Shown here piece after piece: positions 1 to 9,868 of a stretch of DNA of 64,000 nt (the first letter of the stretch is position 1; every line of letters starts with the position of its first letter). A model generated the notes under the pieces. That model searched no databases. It worked only from the letters and a program-made list of their open reading frames with translations, and was not told where the DNA came from. The translations under genes were made by a program, and so were the position numbers. This DNA is from Syntrophorhabdaceae bacterium (GTDB lineage: Bacteria > Desulfobacterota > Syntrophorhabdia > Syntrophorhabdales > Syntrophorhabdaceae). The DNA lies in the NCBI GenBank assembly GCA_963665295.1, contig OY762209.1:4512001-4576000 (forward strand), in the 5' to 3' direction.

Positions 1-1
1 A

Positions 2-502
2 GCGGTAACGGGCAAACCCGCTTTTGCACTTATCAGACCACCCGGTCACCACGCGGGATATGATTTCAACGGAGGTTTCTGCTTCTTCAACAATATGGCT
101 ATCGCCGTAAAGAGACTCCTCTCAGACGGGCTCATCGGGAATGCCCTGGTCGTGGATATCGACCTCCATTATGGGAACGGAACCTTCGACATAGTCAAGG
201 ATGATCCGAGAATCGCCTTCCGGAATATTTCCGCCTCCACGAGGTTCGAATTCATGGATGCCTTTGAGGATGCCCTGAAGGATGCCGCCGCCTTCGACAT
301 AGTCGGATGTTCGGCGGGTTTCGACACCTACATAAAGGACTGGGGAGCAACCCTTCTGACCCGGGATTATCAACGTATGGGGAGCCTCTTCGCCTCCTCG
401 AATCCCCGGCACTTCTCAATCCTCGAAGGGGGCTACTATATTAACGATCTCGGCATCAATGTGTCGGCATACCTGAAAGGCATACAGGAAGCTTGTTTGT
501 AG
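2..502 (+). CDS. Histone deacetylase family protein (5' truncated by window)
   Basis: Frame open from base 2: RPPGHHA, GGFCFFNN, DIDLHYGNGT, SAGFD, LEGGY motifs. Confidence 0.92.
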   Translation, partial: AVTGKPAFALIRPPGHHAGYDFNGGFCFFNNMAIAVKRLLSDGLIGNALVVDIDLHYGNGTFDIVKDDPRIAFRNISASTRFEFMDAFEDALKDAAAFDIVGCSAGFDTYIKDWGATLLTRDYQRMGSLFASSNPRHFSILEGGYYINDLGINVSAYLKGIQEACL

Positions 503-2763
503 CTGCCGTCCTCTCTTTCGCCGCCGGCATTTATCTGGAGGCGTCGCGCCCTTTTCCTCTCGCGGCCCCCGCCCTTTTCCTCCTTATCCTTCCGTTCTTT
601 ATCCCGTTTCTCATCAAAAGAAAGCAACATTTCGCCCTCTGCGTCATGATCCTTCTTTTTATGTGCGCGGGCATAATTCGCCTGGGGATCGTGAGCAGGG
701 GTGCGGTGGCGGCCCCTCCGGAGGACGGCCGGGCGCTGTATGAAGGGCTCGTCATCGAATCGTCGCCCGCCACGAAGACAATGGAGATCGAGAAGCCTGC
801 CGACCTCAAGGGGGTAAAAGCCATATTCAGGACAGACGGGGCGCTCAAGATAAACGACAGGATCAAGGTCTTCGGGCACATGAGGGAAATGGACCTCACC
901 TTCAACAACCCCGGCCTGATCTCATGGAAGTGGATGAAAAGACTTGAGGGCGTATGCTACGAGATAAAAGGCACCCTCGTTTCGGCCTTCCCCGGCACAA
1001 ACTACATCCACGCCTGGAGGGAGATGCTTGCCCGGAAGATCGATGCGTCAGGGGCCCGGAATCCCGGCATCCTGAAGGCGCTCACCATCGGTGACATGTC
1101 GGGGGTTAACGAGGCGACAAAGAGCCTTTTTGCAAAGACCGGTACGTCTCACATACTCGCGATCTCAGGTTCGAACATCGGCATCGTTACCGCATTCTTT
1201 TTCTTCATCGCCCGCACCCTTATCCGCAGGTCACACCGTCTGAGACTCCGGGGCGACGATATACGCTTCGCGGCGCTCCTTTCCATCCCTTTCGCGATCC
1301 TCTTCATGCTCACTGCCGGTTCGAGCATCCCCACCATCCGGGCCACTATCATGATCACGGTCTTTATGATCGCCCTCTTTTTTGAAAGAGGCAAACATAT
1401 GATCAATACCATCGCCCTGAGCGCCCTTGTGGTGCTTCTCATCTACCCCCACTCACTCTTTTCGCCTTCCTTTCAGCTTACCTTCATGAGCGTCCTCTTC
1501 ATTGTAATATGCACCGAACGTTTCCACCCCCTGTTGCGCATTGAAAACCGCGTATTGAAATGGCTCGCATCCTCCGTCCTCATGACCATAGCCGCCATGA
1601 TCGGCACCCTGCCTATCGTAATCTACCACTTCTTCGGGATTAATCCCTTTTCCGTGGCTCACAACCTTATCGCCATACCTCCCATGTGCATCGCGGCCAT
1701 GCCCATGAGCCTCGCGGGGCTCATCCTTCCGTGGGGAGAGGTCCTCCTCCGGTTCTCAGGAGAAATCGTAGCCTACACTATCGTCATCCTTGAGCACATG
1801 AATGTGGGCTACATCTATCCCATCATCCGCCCCACCGTTTTCGAGTGCGCCCTCTATTTCTCCTTCGCCCTTTCCCTTATCTTTATCAACGTCCGCCTTG
1901 TCTCTGCCTGTCTCATTTTCGTGCTTATTCCCTTTTCCGCGGGCTACACATACCACGCCTACCAGGAGAGGTTCCACAACAAGACCCTCTGTGTAAGCCT
2001 GCTGGATGTGGGACTGGGCGACGCAATACTGCTTGAGGCGCCCGAGGGCTTCCGTATCCTCATGGACGGGGGAGGACAGACCAGGGGTAATTATGATATA
2101 GGCAAGTCCATTATCACCCCCATCCTCCTCTCAAAAAAGATAAGGACCCTCGACTATGTGGTGAACACCCATCCCCACGGAGACCATGCGGGAGGACTCT
2201 TCCATATCCTTCAGTCCTTCCGGGTCAGGCATTTCGCCACGGGTGCGTATTTCGGAAGAGAAAGCAGGTTTATCGAGATGCTGGCCCTTCTCACGGAAAA
2301 GGGCATTCCCCTTGAAATATGGCAAAAAGGAGAGCGCATCCGATTCAGCGACAAGATGACGATGGAAGTACTCAATCCTCCTCGCGGCATTTCCACGGAA
2401 AACCCCAACAATGCCTCCCTTGTTCTGAGGGCTGTTTTCGGGAACAGCTCCTTTCTTTTCACAGGGGATATCGACAGGGAGGTCGAGGAAAGGCTCGTCA
2501 TGGACGGTACCCCCTTGAGGTCCGACGTTCTTAAGGTGCCCCATCATGGCAGCCGCTTTTCGAGTTCCCCTGCCTTCGTCCGGTCGGTCAAGCCCTTCCT
2601 CGCGGTACTGAGCGTGGGCAAGGGGATCAGGGGACTTCCGGGGGACGACGCCCTTATGACCTACAAATCCCTCTCCGTCCCCTTACTGAGGACGGATAGA
2701 AACGGCTTCATCCGGGTCTGTTCCGACGGCGAAAGAATCACCTGCGCGTCATTCCGCGAATGA
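493..2763 (+). CDS. comEC: DNA internalization competence protein ComEC/Rec2
   Basis: GTSHILAISGSNIG competence-domain motif, many TM segments, C-terminal MBL domain (DVGLGD, THPHGDH, KVPHHGS); TTG start overlaps HDAC stop. Confidence 0.93.
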   Translation: MFVAAVLSFAAGIYLEASRPFPLAAPALFLLILPFFIPFLIKRKQHFALCVMILLFMCAGIIRLGIVSRGAVAAPPEDGRALYEGLVIESSPATKTMEIEKPADLKGVKAIFRTDGALKINDRIKVFGHMREMDLTFNNPGLISWKWMKRLEGVCYEIKGTLVSAFPGTNYIHAWREMLARKIDASGARNPGILKALTIGDMSGVNEATKSLFAKTGTSHILAISGSNIGIVTAFFFFIARTLIRRSHRLRLRGDDIRFAALLSIPFAILFMLTAGSSIPTIRATIMITVFMIALFFERGKHMINTIALSALVVLLIYPHSLFSPSFQLTFMSVLFIVICTERFHPLLRIENRVLKWLASSVLMTIAAMIGTLPIVIYHFFGINPFSVAHNLIAIPPMCIAAMPMSLAGLILPWGEVLLRFSGEIVAYTIVILEHMNVGYIYPIIRPTVFECALYFSFALSLIFINVRLVSACLIFVLIPFSAGYTYHAYQERFHNKTLCVSLLDVGLGDAILLEAPEGFRILMDGGGQTRGNYDIGKSIITPILLSKKIRTLDYVVNTHPHGDHAGGLFHILQSFRVRHFATGAYFGRESRFIEMLALLTEKGIPLEIWQKGERIRFSDKMTMEVLNPPRGISTENPNNASLVLRAVFGNSSFLFTGDIDREVEERLVMDGTPLRSDVLKVPHHGSRFSSSPAFVRSVKPFLAVLSVGKGIRGLPGDDALMTYKSLSVPLLRTDRNGFIRVCSDGERITCASFRE

Positions 2764-2816
2764 GGGCGCACTTCAACGGAATTCCGCGGGCATACCCCGG
2801 CCGGCAGTGAGGCCGG

Positions 2817-3731
2817 CTATCGGTTTTTGCCTTCCAGCTTTTCGTAAAGAACCCCGTAGCGCACGCCGTTGGCACTCACCACAAGTTCCCCGGACCCGAA
2901 ATAGGTCATTATCTCACGCATGAGGAGAATACCCTGGAGGAGGATATCTTCTCTTCCCGCTTCCATGCCCTTCATCTTCCTCCTCTCCGAGGCGGACATG
3001 ATCTTCATTTCCCCTACCACGCGATCCATATCATCCGTCGAAATGCGAAGACCATGTATTATCTCCTTGTCATACGATTCAAGGCCCAGAACAAGGCTCG
3101 CAAGATTGGTGACGGTCCCCGCGGTCCCCACAATTCCCAATCCCCGTCCTTCAAAAGGGGTTGATATGGTATCCTTAAGAAAATCCGTAAGGCGGGTGAT
3201 CTCGTCCGCGGCGGGGGGATCATGTTTCACGAACATTTCGGTGAGTTTCACGGACCCCACAGGTAAAGAGACGAAATCGATGAACCGGGTCAGGTTCCCC
3301 TCGATAATTTCAGTACTGCCTCCGCCTATATCAACAATGATGAAGCGATCCATTCCGGAAAATCTGTCATGGGCCACGGAAAGCCACGTATAGCAGGCCT
3401 CCTCTTGCGCGGTGATGACCCTGATCGCGATGCCGAGTTCGTCTTTCACACGGCAAACGAAGATGTCGCTGTTGCGGGCTTCCCTCAACGCGGCTGTCCC
3501 GACACAGTATATCTCTCTCACTCCATGTTGTTCCGCGACTTCCTTGTACCGGACAAGGGCCGAAAAGGTCCTCTCCATGGCTGCCGGGGAGAGCAGGCCC
3601 GTCTCTTTAAGCCCTTCCCCGAGCCTTGCAATGGTGGATAGGTCCATGAGGTCCGCCATGCGGCCCGCCTCAAAATCGACTATAGTGAGCAGGACAGTAT
3701 TGGTCCCGATATCTATGGACGCATATTTCAT
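2817..3731 (-). CDS. Ppx/GppA family phosphatase (short form)
   Basis: DIGTNT, GTAALREARN, DIGGGSTE, GVRYG motifs; GGGGAGG SD. Confidence 0.92.
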   Translation of the reverse strand: MKYASIDIGTNTVLLTIVDFEAGRMADLMDLSTIARLGEGLKETGLLSPAAMERTFSALVRYKEVAEQHGVREIYCVGTAALREARNSDIFVCRVKDELGIAIRVITAQEEACYTWLSVAHDRFSGMDRFIIVDIGGGSTEIIEGNLTRFIDFVSLPVGSVKLTEMFVKHDPPAADEITRLTDFLKDTISTPFEGRGLGIVGTAGTVTNLASLVLGLESYDKEIIHGLRISTDDMDRVVGEMKIMSASERRKMKGMEAGREDILLQGILLMREIMTYFGSGELVVSANGVRYGVLYEKLEGKNR

Positions 3732-3765
3732 TTGACAACCTCCCCAAAAAGATAAATATTACTTT

Positions 3766-4512
3766 ATGCTTTTTGGTGGTGTCATGTCCATTATGGATTT
3801 TACAAGTGTCGTGGCCTTCGTGTCGGGACTGCTCTCGTTTTTCAGCCCCTGCGTGCTGCCCCTTGTACCTTCATACCTTATATTTATCAGTGGCATAAGC
3901 TTCGATAATTACATGCATCCCGATGCGGAAAGGGGCAGATACCGGAGGATCGTCCTCGCCCACTCCATCGCCTTCATATTCGGGTTTTCCTTCGTCTTCA
4001 TCTCCTTGGGTATCTCATCCTCCTTTATAGGGAGTTTCTTTTCCGAATATCAGACCTATATCATACGGTTCGGCGGCCTTGTCCTCATCGTAATGGGCCT
4101 GTTTTACCTCAACATCATTAAGATGCCCTTTCTGAATCAGGAAAAGGTCATTCATCTCCACAAGAAACCTCTGGGGTTCATGGGATCTTTCATCGTGGGG
4201 ATCACCTTCTCCCTCGGATGGACACCCTGCGTGGGGCCCGCCCTGTCCTCCGTCCTGATCATAGCCTCCACCACGGAAAGCGTGCTAAAAGGGGTTTACC
4301 TTCTCAGCCTCTATTCCCTGGGTCTGGCCATACCTTTTGTAGCCTCGGCCCTCCTTTTCGACAGGCTCTTCGCTTTTTTGCGACGGTACGGACAGGTTGT
4401 CAGGTATTCTATGAGAATCATGGGGATCCTCCTCGTAGTTATCGGCCTTCTGCTGGTGACCAACTATTACGGGATGTTGACCCAGAGGTTGGGGATGATT
4501 TTCAGTTTTTGA
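3766..4512 (+). CDS. ccdA: Cytochrome c biogenesis protein CcdA (DsbD TM domain); start 3766 or 3784
   Basis: GLLSFFSPCVLP and WTPCVGP motifs, hydrophobic helices. Confidence 0.92.
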   Translation: MLFGGVMSIMDFTSVVAFVSGLLSFFSPCVLPLVPSYLIFISGISFDNYMHPDAERGRYRRIVLAHSIAFIFGFSFVFISLGISSSFIGSFFSEYQTYIIRFGGLVLIVMGLFYLNIIKMPFLNQEKVIHLHKKPLGFMGSFIVGITFSLGWTPCVGPALSSVLIIASTTESVLKGVYLLSLYSLGLAIPFVASALLFDRLFAFLRRYGQVVRYSMRIMGILLVVIGLLLVTNYYGMLTQRLGMIFSF

Positions 4513-4549
4513 CAGGGGACCCGTTTTTCTTCCGTCCGGGCTTGAGCGG

Positions 4550-5452
4550 TTAAAAGTCGAGTTTTGCCAGTTCTCCCTTAAATTTGTCCTTGAATTTCTT
4601 TACGACCTTGTTTTCGATCTGCCGCACCCGCTCCCTCGAAATGCGAAATTTGGCGCCTATCTCCTGGAGCGTCACCGGCTCTTCCGCCATAATGCGGTGA
4701 TCAAATATGAACGCCTCCTTATCGTTCAGGGTGGCTTTGAATTCCAGGACCTTCTTGGACAGAATCTTCGATCTTTCCCTGCCGCTCACGATCTCTTCGA
4801 CGTTCTCGTCGCTCCCCATCATGTCCATGATCGTGTCTTCGCTATCTTCATGAATGGGCGTTTCAAGGGAGACATCCGTGTACGCGAGCCTTTTTTGCAT
4901 GTCTTCCACCTCCTCTTCCTTCACGTCGAGGGTACTCGCGAGAAGTTTAGGGGCGGGGTATATGCCCAGGGCCTCCAGTTTTTGTTTTTCCTTATTCAGC
5001 CTGTAAAAAAGCTTCCTCTGCCCCTGGGTGGTTCCCACTTTTACAAGGCTCCATGAATCCATGATAAACTTCAGCATATAGGCCCTGATCCAGAATGAGG
5101 CGTAGGTGGAGAACTTGGTGCCCTTGTAGGGGTTGAACTTTTTCACCGCATGGAGGAGACCCACGTTGCCTTCCTGGATAAGGTCGAGGATATTGAGGTA
5201 TGTGTTGTAGTATTCGAGGGCTATCTTGACTACGAGCTTGAGGTTGGATATGACGAGCTTCTGGGCCGCATCGCGATCCTTGTTCTCATACACGAGTCGG
5301 GAAACCTCAAACTCCTCTTCGCGGCTGAGCACGGGATATTTGGATACTTCGGCAAGGTATGTCTTTAACGGGTCAAAAGGGAGCGGCAGACTCTTGTCTT
5401 CCACCAGCTCCAGGGCTTCATTCGTTTCTTCAAGAAATGTCTCGTCAACCAA
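4550..5452 (-). CDS. rpoH: RNA polymerase sigma-32 (RpoH-like) factor
   Basis: Region 2 DLIQEGNVGL..FSTYASFWIRA, RpoH-box-like QRKLFYRL, region 4 SRERVRQIE. Confidence 0.85.
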   Translation of the reverse strand: MVDETFLEETNEALELVEDKSLPLPFDPLKTYLAEVSKYPVLSREEEFEVSRLVYENKDRDAAQKLVISNLKLVVKIALEYYNTYLNILDLIQEGNVGLLHAVKKFNPYKGTKFSTYASFWIRAYMLKFIMDSWSLVKVGTTQGQRKLFYRLNKEKQKLEALGIYPAPKLLASTLDVKEEEVEDMQKRLAYTDVSLETPIHEDSEDTIMDMMGSDENVEEIVSGRERSKILSKKVLEFKATLNDKEAFIFDHRIMAEEPVTLQEIGAKFRISRERVRQIENKVVKKFKDKFKGELAKLDF

Positions 5453-5458
5453 CGCTTT

Positions 5459-6457
5459 CTATGCTCCCCTTACCTGTATAAGCTCCGCCACTATGCTGAC
5501 AGCAATCTCCTGCGGCGTCTCGGAGTTTATCTTGAGGCCTATAGGCGCATGAACCGCGCTCAAGGCCGCGTCCCCGACGCCTTTATCTTTCAGGTAATCG
5601 TACACCATCTTTATCTTTCTCCTGCTCCCTATCATGCCTATGTACTTCGCCGGTTTCTTGAGCGCCTCTTCCAAAACGTAGGCGTCATGTTTGTGTCCCC
5701 TGGTGACGATCACGTCATAAATATCGCCCTCATAGTCGAGATCTTCGAAGACCTTCCGGAAATCGGCCACGATCACCTTGTCCGCTTCGGGAAATCGTGC
5801 CTTATTGGCGAAATCTTCCCTGTCATCTATGACCACCACGTTGAAGTCAACCATCTTGGCCGCCTGAGCGACATACCGGGATATGTGACCCGCGCCGAAT
5901 ATATACAGGGTGGAGGCAATCCGTATGGGCTCGATTACCACGCCGTCTCCCAGGACTTTCGGTCTCTTCTCTGAAAAGAACTGTCCGTACTGGTCGCTAT
6001 TCTCAATCGGATCTCCCCACATTCCACCGTAAGCATCCACAAGAGATTTAAGGAAATAGTCTTTGCCGAACCTGGTCACCAATATTGCACGTCTCCCACG
6101 TTTTTCCAGGTTTTGAACCGCTTCAAAGAGGCCTTTGTGCCGCTCGAAGAGGGGCTCCAGGAAGACATCCACATTTCCCCCGCAGATCATGCCTCCATCC
6201 TCCACTTCCTTGCCGTTCATCCTGTAATGAACAAACTTCGCCTCTTTGGTTTTCATGACCTTCCGGGCTTCCTGCCACACCTCGGCCTCCATGCAGCCGC
6301 CGCCGACGGTGCCGAAGAACCTTCCATCCTCACCCACAAACATCTTGGCCCCTTCCTCCCTCGGCGCCGCCCCCAATTTGTCGGCAATCGTGGCAATAGT
6401 GCCCGTCTTTCCCTGTTCCAGATACTCCCTTATCACCTCATAGACTTCCATCTGCAC
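5459..6457 (-). CDS. xdhC: XdhC/CoxI family molybdenum hydroxylase maturation factor
   Basis: GAAPREEGAKM, GTVGGGCME, MICGG, GAGHI, TRGH, GMIGS, APIGL..ETPQEIAVSI. Confidence 0.92.
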   Translation of the reverse strand: MQMEVYEVIREYLEQGKTGTIATIADKLGAAPREEGAKMFVGEDGRFFGTVGGGCMEAEVWQEARKVMKTKEAKFVHYRMNGKEVEDGGMICGGNVDVFLEPLFERHKGLFEAVQNLEKRGRRAILVTRFGKDYFLKSLVDAYGGMWGDPIENSDQYGQFFSEKRPKVLGDGVVIEPIRIASTLYIFGAGHISRYVAQAAKMVDFNVVVIDDREDFANKARFPEADKVIVADFRKVFEDLDYEGDIYDVIVTRGHKHDAYVLEEALKKPAKYIGMIGSRRKIKMVYDYLKDKGVGDAALSAVHAPIGLKINSETPQEIAVSIVAELIQVRGA

Positions 6458-6481
6458 TCCTCATTCAGTCATATTTTGTCT

Positions 6482-7324
6482 TTATCTATTCATCGAGTGC
6501 AGAACGGCCTCAAGAACGCCGCCGCCTATAGCCCTGGCTTTGTCGGAAACGGTGTAGCAATATTCCTTTATTCCCCGCGGATCTATATCCCCGATCTTTT
6601 CTCGCGCTTCAACATCTATTTCCCGGATCAGGCCCCTGAGGACCCCGTCAAAAGGCGCATACGTGGGCTCGCTGCCGACGTAAAGCACAAGCTCTCCCTT
6701 TTTCACCTCGTCGCCGATCCTCTTCACGTTCTTCACCGGACCCGCCATGGGAGACCTCAAGACCCTCTCCGTGGTATAACCCATGACCGATCCCGGTACG
6801 CCCGTGTACGACTCGGCAAATCCGTCATAAATGGTCTTCCCGAGGTCATGTCCCCTCTTGCTCTCCACCACGACGTGCACGTCTAGGGGCGCGTTGAAGC
6901 CGGGTCCTACCCCGATCACCAATGGCGCTTCTTCGGGTTTTGTCCCCAGATTCCTTTTTGCCATGATGGCATCAACCACAACATGGGGTTTCAGGACTTC
7001 AACCGCTGTCCACCGGGGGTCGACCATGACCGCCACGTGCCTCCTCTCCCAAACCCCGTCAAGTTCGTCGAGGCCGACGATCAGCTCCGCCGTGATGCCC
7101 TCGACTCCCATCTCTCCTTCATAGACCGCTTCGGAGAATGACACGGTCCGCCTCACGCAAAGCGGCGCAGGGATCTCCATCATCAGGATCCGGGTAAAAT
7201 TGGACATGAAGAGCCTGATGGCAATGCCTGTTGCCACATCGCCCGCCCCTTTTACGATAATCTTCAGGTCCGACAGACTTGAACCGGCGGTCCGCTTATC
7301 CGCGGAAGATAGTGTTCCGTCCAT
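6482..7324 (-). CDS. yqeB: Selenium-dependent molybdenum hydroxylase accessory protein YqeB
   Basis: KGAGDVATG, VRRTVSF, DAIMAKRNLGT, RGHDLG, ERVLRSP, KIGDIDPR, SDKARAIGGGVLEA. Confidence 0.9.
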   Translation of the reverse strand: MDGTLSSADKRTAGSSLSDLKIIVKGAGDVATGIAIRLFMSNFTRILMMEIPAPLCVRRTVSFSEAVYEGEMGVEGITAELIVGLDELDGVWERRHVAVMVDPRWTAVEVLKPHVVVDAIMAKRNLGTKPEEAPLVIGVGPGFNAPLDVHVVVESKRGHDLGKTIYDGFAESYTGVPGSVMGYTTERVLRSPMAGPVKNVKRIGDEVKKGELVLYVGSEPTYAPFDGVLRGLIREIDVEAREKIGDIDPRGIKEYCYTVSDKARAIGGGVLEAVLHSMNR

Positions 7325-7326
7325 GA

Positions 7327-8343
7327 TCACGGTCCCTTCCCGAAGAAACAGGTGGGATAATGGCACACATCACAATGGAGGCACAATCCGCCGTAAGATA
7401 GTTTTATCATGTCCGTCTCATGCATCCTCTCCCCTGCCATGATCCGCGTGAGGACTATGTCGAGAACGGTATATTTGCTGTGATAGACGCAGGCAGGAGC
7501 GCCGAGTATGTATTTTCCTCTCAGGCGCGCCACAAGGAACATGGCCCCCGGGAATACGGGCGTCCCATAAAAAAGGACTTCCGCCCCCGTCGCTTCGATC
7601 CCTTCCTTTGTTACATCGTCGGGGTCCACGGAAAGTCCCGCGGTAGTAATGACCATATCCGCGCCCGCGTCGAAAAGCTCCTGGATCGCACCGCTGATAA
7701 GAGCGATCTCGTCGGGCACGACCTTCTTTTCCACAAACCCGAGGCCGTAACCGCGGAGCTTGTCTTCAACCACAAAGGAGGCGTCCTGAATCCTGCCGCT
7801 GTATACCTCGCTCCCGGTAATAACGAGACCTACGTTCAGGGTTTTGAAGGGGCTTATCCTGATGACTCCCTTTTCACCTACCCTCTCGACCTTCTTCAGT
7901 TCCTTTTCTTTTATATAGAGGGGGATAATCCGGGCAGCCGCCACAATGTCTCCTGCTCTCACAGGATGCCTGTTGGGGACCGTGCTCACGAGGACGTCCT
8001 TTATCCGGTTTATTTCATAAAGATGCTTGTCATTTACATAGAAAAGGCCATCCACCGTACTGCGCATGCTGACCTTGCCCTCTTTCGGGGGAAGGGGTTC
8101 CATGTTCCCGTCCATGATGGACTGGGCTATCCTCATGCCTGCTTCGTCTTCATGGATGCCTTTTACCTCACCTTCAAAGACATAGAGGTGCCTTTTCCCC
8201 AGGTCAAGAAGTTTCTCCACATCTTCCCGGGCTATGACCTTGCCCCTTTTGAATGCCACATCCTTCTTCTTACCGGGAACAATCTCGGTAATATCATGGG
8301 CCAAAATCATGCCCAACGCCTGTTCTACCTTAACCTTCTTCAA
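7327..8343 (-). CDS. Molybdopterin-binding (MoeA-like) protein with C-terminal Cys cluster
   Basis: LAHDITEI..KRG, TGSEVYSGRIQD, GLSVDPDDVT, YGTPVFPGAM; C-terminal CxxCxxCxxPxC. Confidence 0.85.
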   Translation of the reverse strand: MKKVKVEQALGMILAHDITEIVPGKKKDVAFKRGKVIAREDVEKLLDLGKRHLYVFEGEVKGIHEDEAGMRIAQSIMDGNMEPLPPKEGKVSMRSTVDGLFYVNDKHLYEINRIKDVLVSTVPNRHPVRAGDIVAAARIIPLYIKEKELKKVERVGEKGVIRISPFKTLNVGLVITGSEVYSGRIQDASFVVEDKLRGYGLGFVEKKVVPDEIALISGAIQELFDAGADMVITTAGLSVDPDDVTKEGIEATGAEVLFYGTPVFPGAMFLVARLRGKYILGAPACVYHSKYTVLDIVLTRIMAGERMHETDMIKLSYGGLCLHCDVCHYPTCFFGKGP

Positions 8344-8938
8344 TCTGGCAGCCCCTCCTCTTCAAAGTCTCTATATCCTCGACGGTATCAATATCAAAGA
8401 CGTTTCCTTCGTCTCCATCAATAAATACCACATCTTCCAGGTGTTTTTCTATAACTTCCCTAAGCCCCTTATCGCCTTCCAGGCGGCGCATCTCCTCCAG
8501 ATAGGGTTTTACCTTCATGAAGACCGGATGGCCCTTCCCCCCCTGGTACCTCGGGATCAGTATATCCGGCCCGTCTTCGGCGTAACGGTCGAGGATGGAC
8601 ACCACCTGCTCGTGCTTCACAAAGGGTTTGTCGCCGAGGTGAAAAAACAGGTTGTCCGCCCCTTCGACAAAAGGCAGGACCGCCTTCACGGACGACGACA
8701 TCCCTTCCATGTGGTAGGGGTTATACACCACCTCCACGGAAGTGAGGTCCCGAAGTTCCTCTCTCACCTTTTCGCCCGCCGGGTTCGTGACCACAAACAC
8801 CTTTTCGACCCGATCGACGAGAAAAGGCATGACGGATCGCCTGATTACGGATTGTCCGTCTATTCTGAGAGTGAGTTTATTGGTGCCGAGCCTCCGCGAC
8901 GAGCCGGCGGCAAGGATTACCGCAAATATTCTTTTCAT
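8330..8938 (-). CDS. MocA/YgfJ-like molybdenum cofactor cytidylyltransferase
   Basis: LAAGSSRRLGTNKL, GMSSS, LGDKP, GHPV, GDKG, DIDT. Confidence 0.88.
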   Translation of the reverse strand: MKRIFAVILAAGSSRRLGTNKLTLRIDGQSVIRRSVMPFLVDRVEKVFVVTNPAGEKVREELRDLTSVEVVYNPYHMEGMSSSVKAVLPFVEGADNLFFHLGDKPFVKHEQVVSILDRYAEDGPDILIPRYQGGKGHPVFMKVKPYLEEMRRLEGDKGLREVIEKHLEDVVFIDGDEGNVFDIDTVEDIETLKRRGCQIEEG

Positions 8939-8948
8939 AAGTTATCAC

Positions 8949-8977
8949 TCTTTAAAAGCCCTTCATTCATCTGTCAA
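8949..8977 (-). promoter_or_regulatory. Putative sigma70 promoter of the mocA-yqeB-xdhC-rpoH operon
   Basis: TTGACA-N17-TAAAGA, 10 nt before ATG. Confidence 0.5.
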
Positions 8978-9101
8978 CCGCCTTTTCCAGTGGATTCGCG
9001 CGCAATAGACCCACACCGCCGAACGGCCTTTTCTATCGAGGTAGATTTGCCTGGAATTAACCGCAGATTACCAATCCCACCGACTCCCCCCCCCCCGAAG
9101 G

Positions 9102-9299
9102 TCAGCGTCCTGACGCTGCCACGTTCAAATCCACCAACAGGGCGTCCGCATCGATGCCGTGGACCTCCGCCCCCTGTTTCACGTTTCCGAAGAGAGCAGC
9201 CCTGCATCCCGCGCATTCAAAACCATATCGTTCAAACACGGCAACCGCCTCAGGATACCGGTCTACTATCTCTTCAACCGACATGCTTCCGGTGATCAC
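9102..9299 (-). CDS. DUF1858-like small protein (CxxC)
   Basis: ITGSMSVEEIVDRYPE..VFERYGFECAGC..HGID pattern; GTG start after purine-rich SD. Confidence 0.8.
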   Translation of the reverse strand: MITGSMSVEEIVDRYPEAVAVFERYGFECAGCRAALFGNVKQGAEVHGIDADALLVDLNVAASGR

Positions 9300-9325
9300 T
9301 TCCCTTCCCCCCACCGACTCCATCT

Positions 9326-9868
9326 TCAAAAGACCTCTGCGGAAAAGATGTAGATATTCGTGTCCTTCCCTTTCCAGGCATCCCTCGAAAGTCCTGCTTT
9401 CAGGCACGTGTATTCGATAAACGTATCCCTGTCCCAATTATTCTCCGTGGCCACCTGAGGAAGGAGGAGGCCCGAATAAAAACCTTTTTCTATGAAGATA
9501 CCGTGGACACCAACCTCTATCTCCTCAATATTATTTATCTTCTTGAGGGGTGACAAAACCGATATCTCTATCTCGATAGCGTCCCACTCTCTCTGGCTCA
9601 CAGGCTCGAACCGGGGGTCGTGAAAGGCCGCCTGGACCGCCATCTCCCGAACTGTCTCGTAAAGGGGTAATACGCCTCTTATGTGACCGATGCAGCCCCT
9701 CAGGTCGTTCCTGCTCTTAAGCGTGACAAAGGCACCCATCTTCTTCTTCAGTATCTCAGGAAGCTCCACAGGGCCCTTCTGCTTGTGGAACAGGATGCCT
9801 TCGATCGCCTCCCTTGCCAGTTTCTTCAGCGTCCCCTTCTCCGCTTCGGAGAGGTTCAAAAGCCTCAT
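9326..9868 (-). CDS. amrA: AmmeMemoRadiSam system protein A (AMMECR1 domain)
   Basis: GAFVTL, LRGCIG, AAFHDPRF, EISVLS, GLLLPQVA, CLKAG. Confidence 0.93.
   Translation of the reverse strand: MRLLNLSEAEKGTLKKLAREAIEGILFHKQKGPVELPEILKKKMGAFVTLKSRNDLRGCIGHIRGVLPLYETVREMAVQAAFHDPRFEPVSQREWDAIEIEISVLSPLKKINNIEEIEVGVHGIFIEKGFYSGLLLPQVATENNWDRDTFIEYTCLKAGLSRDAWKGKDTNIYIFSAEVF

Noticed and set aside
9040..9104. Selenocysteine readthrough of the DUF1858 UGA
   Set aside because: The UGA is at the natural C-terminus, not at the CxxC; no convincing SECIS follows.
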